A stretch of DNA of 64,000 bases from Bacillota bacterium. GTDB taxonomy: Bacteria > Bacillota > DTU025 > MWDF01. Shown piece after piece: positions 9,008 through 17,756 of this stretch. Every line of letters begins with the position of its first letter. Position 1 is the first letter of the stretch. The notes under the pieces were generated by a model. It had not been told where the DNA came from and did no database searches. It was given only the letters and a program-made list of their open reading frames with translations. The stretch lies in assembly GCA_029565935.1 (NCBI GenBank), contig JAKQNF010000016.1, positions 21,889 to 85,888 on the forward strand. The letters are read 5' to 3'. The translations under genes and the position numbers were made by a program.

Positions 9008-9042
9008 TGCCTTTGATGCGCAAGTCCCTGTCGGTCGTCTTC

Positions 9043-9921
9043 TCAGCTCGCCTTCTTGAACATCAGCCTTATTATCGAAAGCACGAAGAACGCCGCCCCG
9101 GTGATCGCGATATAGGCGAGCATCGTCGGTATGGTGAGCGCGCTGCCGTTCAGGTGAAGCGTTACGCCGTAGATCCGTGAGAATTCAGATGCCAGCTCCG
9201 CGGGTGCTCCCTGGAAAGCCGATGCCATTGATGAGCTCATGTACAACTGCCTCATTATCGAAGCGCCGTGCGTCGCCGGCACGAGAAGGACGAACTTCTG
9301 TATGATGTCCGGCAGCACGCCGATGGGTACGTATACGCCGGTAACGAAGCCAATCAAGGTGCCTACGAGAGTGCTGAACGTCGAGAACGCGGCGCTCGTC
9401 TTGAAGAATGACACGATCAGGAAGTTGAACGCGGAGAAAGCCAGCACGTTCACCAGTATCAGGCCGAGCACCTTGGCCGCGCTAGCGACGCTGATAAGCT
9501 CCCCTCCCCGCATGACTATATAAGCTTGTGACACGACAAAGACTATGAATCCGGTTATCACGCCCACCACCCATGTTGACAGGATGTAGCCGAGCACCAG
9601 CTGCCATCTTTTGAGCGGGGACACCATGAAGTCCTTGCTTATGCCGCGGTACTCGTCGGTCACAAGGACCTCGAGTGCGCCTAAGGTCGAGGTGATGGAA
9701 TTTGCCACCAGCACCCCCGCCATTATCCACGTGTCGGCGAAGAACCTGGCCTTATCGGGATCCGATATCTCGCCCGCGAGGGACCTTATCACCGTATCGC
9801 CGAGGAAGAGCACGTAGAGCCCTATGATTACCAATACGGACAGGAAGGAGAAGAAGACAGACGTCCTGTCGCGGAAGAATATCCTTACGTTCCTGCCAGC
9901 TATCCTTAGAGCCACATTCAT
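9043..9921 (-). CDS. ABC-2-type exporter permease
   Basis: 292 aa with 6 TM helices; directly follows the ATPase gene. Confidence 0.75.
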   Translation of the reverse strand: MNVALRIAGRNVRIFFRDRTSVFFSFLSVLVIIGLYVLFLGDTVIRSLAGEISDPDKARFFADTWIMAGVLVANSITSTLGALEVLVTDEYRGISKDFMVSPLKRWQLVLGYILSTWVVGVITGFIVFVVSQAYIVMRGGELISVASAAKVLGLILVNVLAFSAFNFLIVSFFKTSAAFSTFSTLVGTLIGFVTGVYVPIGVLPDIIQKFVLLVPATHGASIMRQLYMSSSMASAFQGAPAELASEFSRIYGVTLHLNGSALTIPTMLAYIAITGAAFFVLSIIRLMFKKAS

Positions 9922-10845
9922 CTAGGACACCTCCGTTTCGCGGATCTTCCTGCCGGTGATGGCAAGGAACACGTCGTCCATGTCTCCCTTGATCACCTCG
10001 AAGCCCGACGTCTTGTCCTCGAGCTCCTTTAGAAGTCCGAGCGCTGCCATGCTGTCCTTGACCTTGAGCTCCAGCACGTCCGGCTTCGCCTCGTATTGCA
10101 GCCCCTTGGCCTTGAGGACATCCTTCATGGCTTCGATGTCCTTGGGGATGATCCTGAGCTTGTCCTGCGTGTAACGCGACCTAAGATCGTCGGGCGTCCC
10201 GCGCGCTACGATCTTGCCGTGGTCTATGATGGCCACATCGTCCGCAACGGCGGCTTCCTCCATGTAATGGGTCGTAAGGAACACGGTCGTGCCCTTCTTC
10301 CTCATCTCGCCTATGGTATCCCATATCCGCGCCCTGGTCTGCGGGTCGAGGCCCGTCGTCGGCTCGTCTAAAAACAGCACCTTCGGCGTGTTCATTAGAG
10401 CCCTTGCTATGTCCGACCTCCTCCTCTGCCCGCCGGACAGCTTGCCGAAGGGCCTGTCGAGGTAGTCTTTTATCCCGGTGACGGCCGCGACCTCGTTGAT
10501 CCTTGCCTTCACGTCCTCGGCGCTCCAGCCGTAGAACGAGCCCCTCGTCATGAGGTTCTCCCTTACGGTAAGCAGGTCGTCCAGTACCGTCCCCTGGAAA
10601 ACCACCCCTATGTCCGCCCTGACGGCCTCGTCCTCAGAACCGACGCGATGCCCGAAAACCCTAACGTCACCGGCTGTGGCCGAGAGTATCGTGCAGATGA
10701 CGTTTATCGTAGTCGATTTCCCGGCTCCGTTAGGACCAAGGAAGGCGAACAGTAGGCCTTCCCCCACCTTGAAGCTTATGTCGTCGACCGCGGTCAGCTT
10801 GCCGTATCTCTTTACCAGACCGTCGACTTCGATGGCGTATGCCAA
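9922..10845 (-). CDS. ABC transporter ATP-binding protein (DrrA/ABC-2 exporter type)
   Basis: Walker A GPNGAGKST, signature LSGGQRRR, Walker B VLFLDEPTTGLD, H-loop; 307 aa. Confidence 0.85.
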   Translation of the reverse strand: MAYAIEVDGLVKRYGKLTAVDDISFKVGEGLLFAFLGPNGAGKSTTINVICTILSATAGDVRVFGHRVGSEDEAVRADIGVVFQGTVLDDLLTVRENLMTRGSFYGWSAEDVKARINEVAAVTGIKDYLDRPFGKLSGGQRRRSDIARALMNTPKVLFLDEPTTGLDPQTRARIWDTIGEMRKKGTTVFLTTHYMEEAAVADDVAIIDHGKIVARGTPDDLRSRYTQDKLRIIPKDIEAMKDVLKAKGLQYEAKPDVLELKVKDSMAALGLLKELEDKTSGFEVIKGDMDDVFLAITGRKIRETEVS

Positions 10846-10991
10846 GTTCCTTACCTCCCTACGCTGCTTTCTAATCCAGTACTTACTTTAACCAATGGTG
10901 AGCGAATTCACAAACATCATTTGCCCAGCGCTCCCTGACTGCTTGATTCGATATGTTAGATTATAGTTATCAAATCGACGGAGGCGCTCGG

Positions 10992-12272
10992 ATGCAGAAG
11001 CGGAATATCGGCGGGAGGGCATTTATCGTATTTGCCTTGGGGGCGGCCTCGCATTACGCGGTGATGTTCAACAGAGTGGCGGCAGGCCAGATGTTCCCCC
11101 AGCTGATGGCCGAGTTCAATACCACGGGCGTAGGGGTCGCGGCCCTTTCTAGCATCTACTACTATACCTACTCGATCATGCAGGTGCCCGCCGGTGCATT
11201 GGCCGATACGCTCGGTCCCAGGAAGCTGCTCTCGTCGGGCCTTCTCATAGGCGGCCTTGCATGGCTTCTGTTCGCATCGGCCAGGACGCTGACCATCGCC
11301 TCCATCGCAAGGCTCATCGCGGGCTTCGGCCTGGCCGGCATATTCCTGGGCTTGCTCAAGTCGATCGAGCTGTGGTTTCCCGCTAAGAAGTACGGGACCC
11401 TGACCGGCATCAGCACCTTCTTCGGCAACCTAGGGGTAGCGACAGCGATGTTCCCGTTCGTGATCCTCGTGAACGCGATAGGGTGGAGGGCCTCCTCCTA
11501 TGCCGTAGGGGGCCTTACCGTAACTCTCGCTGCGCTCGTCTGGCTCTTCGTGAGGGACGAGGGGCCCAACTACCGCGAGGGGCTTAAGAAACCGGGGCTC
11601 GTGTCCATCCTGAAGACGTCCTTTTACGGGCTCGTCGAGGTCCTGAAGAACAAGGGTTCGCTTCCCCCGTTCTTCGGCTTCATGCTCATATTCGGAGGGT
11701 TGATGACCTTCACGGGGCTCTGGGGCGTGCCCTTTATGATGCAAGTGCACGACATCGCCCAGTCCGTGGCAGGCTCGTTGATGATGCTGACGACGGCAGG
11801 AGGCGCCCTTGCGGCTGTCTTCGTGGGCTGGCTTACCGACAGGAGCGGGAGGCCGAAGCTGATGTTCTGCCTGCTGGCAGGGATGCAGGCCCTCGCTTGG
11901 CTCATCATCCTCTGGACGATTGGAAGGCCCGGGGAGGAAATATCGACCGTCGCACTATGCGTCGCCATGGTGTCAATGGGCGTGAGCAATTCCTCCTTCC
12001 TGCCTGCGTTCGTGATAATGAGGAAGGCCAACCGTCCCGAGATGTCCAGCCTTGCCCAGGGGCTGAACAACGCGTCGGGATTCATCGGGGCGATAGCGAT
12101 GCAAGCGGCGGTGAGCGCCATCATGGACTACGGCTGGGGCGGAGAGTACTTCACAGAAGGTGTGCGCTTCTACTCGGCGGCGGCCTACAGGGGAGGTTTT
12201 ACGGCCTGCCTCGCCGCGGTCTCCCTTGCCATCGTGAGCGGGCTGCTCATGACTAGGGACGCGAGAGGATGA
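10992..12272 (+). CDS. MFS transporter (paralog family A, copy 1)
   Basis: 12-TM profile. The ATG at 10992 has a GGAGG RBS 7 nt upstream; the earlier ATG at 10953 has none. Shares an N-terminal motif with three other MFS genes in the window. Confidence 0.7.
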   Translation: MQKRNIGGRAFIVFALGAASHYAVMFNRVAAGQMFPQLMAEFNTTGVGVAALSSIYYYTYSIMQVPAGALADTLGPRKLLSSGLLIGGLAWLLFASARTLTIASIARLIAGFGLAGIFLGLLKSIELWFPAKKYGTLTGISTFFGNLGVATAMFPFVILVNAIGWRASSYAVGGLTVTLAALVWLFVRDEGPNYREGLKKPGLVSILKTSFYGLVEVLKNKGSLPPFFGFMLIFGGLMTFTGLWGVPFMMQVHDIAQSVAGSLMMLTTAGGALAAVFVGWLTDRSGRPKLMFCLLAGMQALAWLIILWTIGRPGEEISTVALCVAMVSMGVSNSSFLPAFVIMRKANRPEMSSLAQGLNNASGFIGAIAMQAAVSAIMDYGWGGEYFTEGVRFYSAAAYRGGFTACLAAVSLAIVSGLLMTRDARG

Positions 12273-12760
12273 GCGCGCAGCCTCTTTCCGGCAAAGTGGC
12301 ACAAAGGGAGGCGTCGCCTTCCGACCTGGGTTTCGTGCTGGAAATCTATATGCTTAACTTCAGGGGCATAATCGAGGCGGCCAGGGGATGGGACGGTGCG
12401 GTCGAGAAGGAGTACCTGGCGGGCGAGATGTCCGCCGCCCCATTTTACATCCTGACACATGAAGGATTAGACGCGGGCTTCCTTTCATATGTCGAGACTA
12501 AGGAAGCGGTGCACATACGGCACATCGAAGTGCATCCGGACTTCGGCGGAAGAGGGATAGGCACGATAGCGATAAGGCGGCTGATGAGGTCCCTGGACGG
12601 CAGGGCCCTGAGGGTGGCCGTCTCCGACGGGAACCACAGGGGGATGGAGTTCTACACAAACCTGGGCTTCAAGGAGGTGGGCAGGGTCACGGTGCTGATG
12701 AAAGGGGCGAGGGGCGTACGGCCTTTGGGGAAGACGCTGATGCAGTATGACGGCAGATGA
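12269..12760 (+). CDS. GNAT-family N-acetyltransferase
   Basis: 163 aa with the acetyl-CoA binding motif HPDFGGRGIGTIAIRRLM; ATGA overlap with the MFS gene. Confidence 0.75.
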   Translation: MSAQPLSGKVAQREASPSDLGFVLEIYMLNFRGIIEAARGWDGAVEKEYLAGEMSAAPFYILTHEGLDAGFLSYVETKEAVHIRHIEVHPDFGGRGIGTIAIRRLMRSLDGRALRVAVSDGNHRGMEFYTNLGFKEVGRVTVLMKGARGVRPLGKTLMQYDGR

Positions 12761-12834
12761 TCCTTCGGATGATGGGAATAACGGGGCCCCGGCATAAAAT
12801 GCCGGGGCCCTCGAACGCAGTGATGAAAGTTATG

Positions 12835-14403
12835 TTAGAACCACTTGTCGTCGTACTTGACTATAAGGTCCTCCGCCAGTTTCCAGTACATGTCGACCGC
12901 CATGACGCAACGTGAATTGGTGTAGTTGGTAAGGAACTCGACCGCAAGTTTCGGATCCAACTTCATCAAGTCTGATGCGACCTTCTCGATGGTGGGCTGC
13001 AGGGCGAACTGCTGTGCCTCGAAGGGGTCCCTGACTGCCTTCACGTCATTGATGCAGTCCTGGTACCTCTGGTTGACCAGCTGGTCGACGAAGTCGAATG
13101 CCCACCATGCGGAGACCGGCTTCGTCAGGCTGAACTTGGTCCTGTCATTGATGGCGTAGTTCTGCGGAAGCGAAGTCACGCCAGCGTAGACGGGCACGTG
13201 AACCGAAGTGTCGGGGTTGTTGAGCCCGAACCAGCAAAGAGTGCCGATCTTGGGATCCAGCCAGCTCCTGGACTGGAGGACGGTGAAGTAAGAGCAGCCG
13301 GGTATCGCTATGTTGCGCTCGGAAGGAGCGTCCACCAGCTTGAGGAACTCGCTGCTCATGTGCGGCGTGGCGAACGCGCTCTTTACGTAGACGCCCTTGT
13401 TGTCCGGTACATACCAGTCGCTCACGTTCGCCTTGTCATAGGCGGTCCCTACGTACGTGTCCCTGTAGATGGTGAAGTAATCCTGGATAGTTATCTTCTT
13501 CTCTGCCTTCACCGTGAAGGGGAAACGAGACGCGTTGGGATCTAGGTTTAGCGAAGGGGCGAAAGTAGACAGCACCCTCCATTCGCGCCTCCTGCTTCCC
13601 AAGGAGGTCTTGTCTCCGTAAGCTTCGTAGAACAGGAACGGCTTGCCGCTCTTAGGATCCCACCAGCCATTCTCGATGGCCAGGCTGAAGACGTTCGGGG
13701 AGAACATGTAGTTGTTCGGATCGTTCTCCTTGAGCTCCCCTATCCTGGATCTGTTCGCCGAAACGCCGACATGGCCCTCGGGTATACGTACGGCCGCCCA
13801 AATGGCCCCCTTGTTGAGCGGACCTGGCGGTAGAATCTCGAAGAACCACATCTCGTTCTGGTCGCCCACGGTCAAGCACTCACCGCCGTCGCGGTAGCCG
13901 TACTCTTCCGCCAACGAACCCATTACCTTTATGGCCTCCCTGGCGGTCTTCGCCCTTTGCAGCGCAAGTATCTGAAGCATCTCGATGTAGAAAATGCCTT
14001 CTGAGGTCCTCAGCTCATTGCGCTGTCCTATCGTGGTCTCTCCCATTATCACCCCGTGCTCGTTCATGTAGGGGTAGCCGGCGTAGAAATATGTGTACGT
14101 CTCGGCGACTTCGGGTATCTCGCCGAGGATCTTGGGCTCGGCCTTGTCCGAATGTAGCAAGCCCGAGTAGATCGTCACCTTTTCAGTCGCTGCGTGTTTC
14201 TTTCCGAGAACGACCCAGGTACGGGCGTCGTACCAGCCATCGCACGTGTGGGCTGTCATGATTGACCCGTCGGCCGTCGCGGCTTTGTCAACACATATGG
14301 ATGTGCAAGCCATGAAGGGTGTAGCCGCGATTAACACGACCACCAAAGCTGCTAAAACGGTTAGCGTCAGCTTAAGGCCCTTTTTCACAATAGACACCTC
14401 CAT
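12835..14403 (-). CDS. C69-family dipeptidase (Cys-nucleophile Ntn-hydrolase), secreted
   Basis: Start chosen at MEVSIVKKGLKL… (signal peptide), then the mature N-terminus ACTSICV with the catalytic Cys. The long upstream in-frame extension in the ORF track is unlikely. 522 aa; strong similarity to the 14655-16238 paralog. Confidence 0.85.
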   Translation of the reverse strand: MEVSIVKKGLKLTLTVLAALVVVLIAATPFMACTSICVDKAATADGSIMTAHTCDGWYDARTWVVLGKKHAATEKVTIYSGLLHSDKAEPKILGEIPEVAETYTYFYAGYPYMNEHGVIMGETTIGQRNELRTSEGIFYIEMLQILALQRAKTAREAIKVMGSLAEEYGYRDGGECLTVGDQNEMWFFEILPPGPLNKGAIWAAVRIPEGHVGVSANRSRIGELKENDPNNYMFSPNVFSLAIENGWWDPKSGKPFLFYEAYGDKTSLGSRRREWRVLSTFAPSLNLDPNASRFPFTVKAEKKITIQDYFTIYRDTYVGTAYDKANVSDWYVPDNKGVYVKSAFATPHMSSEFLKLVDAPSERNIAIPGCSYFTVLQSRSWLDPKIGTLCWFGLNNPDTSVHVPVYAGVTSLPQNYAINDRTKFSLTKPVSAWWAFDFVDQLVNQRYQDCINDVKAVRDPFEAQQFALQPTIEKVASDLMKLDPKLAVEFLTNYTNSRCVMAVDMYWKLAEDLIVKYDDKWF

Positions 14404-14654
14404 TTGATTTTGGGGACCAAATAAGACTTCTCCACAATGTATTGAACACCTCCGGATGACGGATAAATATTCATAAAAATAACTGAGATATGATTTGCCG
14501 CAGTACCAGGAGGTTTGATATGCGAATAGAAATAAGTTCTCCGGCGGGCATCGCGTGTTATAAAATGGATTTGCAGGGCAGGTGCCTCGTTCATCGGCAG
14601 CTTCTGGAGCACATAGCACCTTACTGTGATGACAAGGAAGGGGGATTTAGGCCA

Positions 14655-16238
14655 ATGAAATCGAACCTCGGCAAGAAACTTACCCTCGTGATGGCAATCA
14701 TGGTCGCTTTGCTGGTAGCGGCATTGCCGGCCATGGCGTGCACATCGGTGGTGGTGGGCAAGCTGGCGTCTGCTGACGGATCGGTCATGACGACTCATAC
14801 CTGCGACGGCAGATATGAGTTCAGGATCGGAGTGATCCCTGCCAAGGACTGGGCGGCAGGAGCACTTAGGCCCGTGTTCAAAGGCGGAGGAACCGGCGAG
14901 GACGTGGCTGATAGGACGAAGGTTGCAGACATCCCTCAGGTGGCACATACCTATAAGTATTTCGACATCGCATATCCTTTCGCCAACGAGAACCAAGTGA
15001 TGATGGGCGAGACCACGATCGGCGGCAGGAGGGAGCTGCAGAACAAGAACGGCATATTCGAGATATGGGAACTGCAGAGAGTGGGCCTCGAGCGCGCGAA
15101 GACCGCAAGGGAAGCGATACAGATAATGGGCGCGATGGCCGAGAAGTACGGCTACGGCGACGGCGGTGAGTGCCTCACCGTCATCGACGGGAACGAAGCG
15201 TGGTTCTTCGAGATCTACGGGGCAGGTCCTCTTGAAGTCGGCGCCATCTGGGCAGCCCAGAGGGTACCGGACGACCAGGTGGGTGTCTCCGCGAACAGGT
15301 CGAGGATAGGCGTGATCAAGGAGAACGATCCGAACAACTTCATGTACTCCTCGAACGTATTCAGCTATGCGAAGGAACTAGGTTGGTGGGACCCCGCTAA
15401 GGGCCCGCTAAACTACGCTACCGTGTACGGCTTCAAGGATTCCGTATACAATACCCGCCGCGAGTGGAGGGCATTGTCCTTGATAGCACCGTCGCTTAAC
15501 CTGGACCCGTGGGCGGTCGAGTATCCTTTCTCGGTCAAGCCTGACAAGAAGGTGACCGTGGAAGACCTCATGAAGATAAAGCGCGACCACTACGAAGGGA
15601 CCGCTTTCGACCTCACCAAGGGAATGGCCGCAGGCCCGTTCGGCAACCCCAACAGGTACCCCACGCCAGCGACGCTCGGTGAATGGGAGAGGGCGATCTC
15701 CATATTCCGCTGCTCGTACAGCGTCATAATGCAAGCCCGCGCATGGCTGCCCGCAGCCATAGGCGGAGTGATCTGGTTCGGCGAGGACGCTCCCCACAGC
15801 ACCTGCTATGTGCCGATCTATGCCGGGGCTACCTCGGTGCCGGCGTCGTTCACGATCGGCAGGCGCGACGTCCTTGACAGGAACAGCGCATGGTGGGCGT
15901 TCAACCTGGTCTCCAATTTCGCCGACTTGAAGTACTCCTACATGATAAAGGACATCGAAGAGACATTCACTAAGTTCGAGAAGGACGCAAGGGCGATACA
16001 GCCGACGGTCGAGAAGACCGCTGCCGAACTTTACAAAGTGGATCCTAAGCTGGCAGTGAGCTTCCTGACCGACTACTCCAACTCCAATGCCCAGAAGGTA
16101 GTGGACGAGTGGTGGAAGCTGTTCGATAAGCTCGCAGTCAAGTACCAGGACGGTTACGTCAACTTGAAGACCGTTGGATACCCTGACGAGTGGCTCAAGG
16201 CGGTGGGCTTCAGCAAGATAGTAAGGCCCGCCAAGTAA
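14655..16238 (+). CDS. C69-family dipeptidase, secreted
   Basis: Start at MKSNLGKKLTLVMAIMVALLVAALPAMA|CTSVVVGK with AGGAAGGGGGA RBS upstream. 527 aa; paralog of the divergent neighbour. Confidence 0.85.
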   Translation: MKSNLGKKLTLVMAIMVALLVAALPAMACTSVVVGKLASADGSVMTTHTCDGRYEFRIGVIPAKDWAAGALRPVFKGGGTGEDVADRTKVADIPQVAHTYKYFDIAYPFANENQVMMGETTIGGRRELQNKNGIFEIWELQRVGLERAKTAREAIQIMGAMAEKYGYGDGGECLTVIDGNEAWFFEIYGAGPLEVGAIWAAQRVPDDQVGVSANRSRIGVIKENDPNNFMYSSNVFSYAKELGWWDPAKGPLNYATVYGFKDSVYNTRREWRALSLIAPSLNLDPWAVEYPFSVKPDKKVTVEDLMKIKRDHYEGTAFDLTKGMAAGPFGNPNRYPTPATLGEWERAISIFRCSYSVIMQARAWLPAAIGGVIWFGEDAPHSTCYVPIYAGATSVPASFTIGRRDVLDRNSAWWAFNLVSNFADLKYSYMIKDIEETFTKFEKDARAIQPTVEKTAAELYKVDPKLAVSFLTDYSNSNAQKVVDEWWKLFDKLAVKYQDGYVNLKTVGYPDEWLKAVGFSKIVRPAK

Positions 16239-16265
16239 CAAGGGGCATTTCCTAACAGCGCTAAT

Positions 16266-16293
16266 GGAGGCGGCCGTATCGATGGCCGCCTCC
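16266..16293. terminator. convergent-gene terminator hairpin (GGAGGCGGCC…GGCCGCCTCC)
   Basis: Perfect 10-bp GC stem between the ends of the + dipeptidase gene and the minus membrane gene. Confidence 0.55.
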
Positions 16294-16354
16294 TTCGATT
16301 CATGATGGGGGACATGTATGGGTAGATTATGCTGTGATGTGCGTCTGCCGGCTA

Positions 16355-17469
16355 TTATGCCGAAGTAATGGTCGCGGGCTTCTCCTTGAACCTCTTATAT
16401 TGACCGGCATAGAACGTTGCGATCCGGTCCGTGGCGAACAGGACCGATGCCATGGCGAGGGCACTTTGCCAATACATTAGCCTGTTGTATCCTATGAAAA
16501 GGGCGGACCAGCCTATTATCACCCAATGGATGATGTATATGTGGTTCAGCTCCCTGCTCCAGAAGAGAAGCCTGTCGACCGCCGCTTTCGGAAAGGCCCC
16601 TTTCACGAAGAACAGGAAAGATATCCAAATGAGGGCCAAAGAGCCGTTGACGGCGTTGCCTATGAGGTCTTCATGGAAGTATGCGTACATGTTCTCCTCG
16701 GGGAAGCCCATATAGTACATAAACCTGAAGCCCGATGCCAGCATGGCCAGAAGCAATGCCGCACCGCCTGCTAAAACGCCCTTGATGTAAATGACGCGCT
16801 TGTCGTCGCTCGCTTTCAGGGCATGGCCGAAGGCGGCCCCTGCCAGAGGGTACATTATCCAGGACAGGAAGGGGAAATAGGAAGTCTCGCTGGCGCCCCA
16901 GAACAGGCCGAGGATGGAATCGATATAGATCTGTCCTGTGCTTATGCCGCGGACTAGGTAATTCAGACCGACGAGCAGAAGGCCTATGACAGGATAGGCC
17001 CTCTCGGGGACTCTCAATCTCCTTAGCAGTCCGATGAACAGGAAGCTGAGCCCTGCGAAATGGAGTATGTCCACATCAAGCAGGTTAAGCAGCAAATCGC
17101 CGTATGGGATGGAGCCCTTTGTAAATATCCCTAGTTTGATGCCTATCAGCCCCGGTAAAAAAACCCGCAGGGCATTCAACAGATAAGCTGCTAGAAGAAG
17201 CGACAATCCTCTTCTTGCTGCGTAACGGCACTTTGTCTTTTCAAGTAGACCAGGCAGGCTCCCATGGCGAACATGAACGTAGGGGCCGCGGGGAAGGCGG
17301 TCAAAAATTCGAGTGCCATACCCGGGGATGAATGCTGGACTATCGTATGCGAGAGCACCTCCTGGATATGTACGCATATCATGAGCAGTACGGTTATGCC
17401 CTTCGCGATGTCGAGCTCGACCTGCCTTTCTTTATGCATCGGCATGTCCGGATCTAGGTGCTTGTCCAT
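16355..17469 (-). pseudogene. acyltransferase-3 / DUF1624-like integral membrane protein with a frameshift (or sequencing error) near 17238-17241
   Basis: The N-terminal ORF (17469→17191: MDKHLD…RQVELDIAKGITVLLMICVH…FMFAMGACLVYLKRQ…stop) and the long ORF (17377→16355) overlap in different frames. Switching -1 at the A4/T4 run (…ttgAAAAgacaaagtgc…) gives a continuous sequence …VYLK/KTKCRYAARRGLSLLLAAYLL…. Confidence 0.45.
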
Positions 17470-17696
17470 ACGTTGTTCTCCTTCCGTTCATCACCGGTTC
17501 AATCATCAGGGTAAAAGTACCGGAGCATATGCGACTGGTAAATCGAAAATGCTTCTAATAGGTATTCTTTAGATGATTCGGTATGACCTTCACTGCGATC
17601 ATATATTTTTGCAGGTACAACGCATTTGCATATGGTGATGCCTGATATTTGGATGTGTACCATGGGTGTGTACGGATATGGAGGAGCAAGAATCGA

Positions 17697-17730
17697 GGAT
17701 GCCGGGGTCGGCGAACCGGTCCCGGCATCC
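17697..17730 (-). terminator. terminator hairpin after the M20 peptidase gene
   Basis: 11-bp stem GGAUGCCGGGG/UCCCGGCAUCC with a structured loop, 25 bp past the stop; followed on the minus strand by CUCGAUUCUUGCUCC. Confidence 0.5.
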
Positions 17731-17756
17731 TGATGATGGATATTTCTTAAGTTAGT

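Noticed and set aside
10953-10991. Upstream ATG (10953) as start of the first MFS gene
   Set aside because: No RBS precedes it, whereas the ATG at 10992 has GGAGG at optimal spacing. The intervening 13 codons are not conserved in the paralogs.
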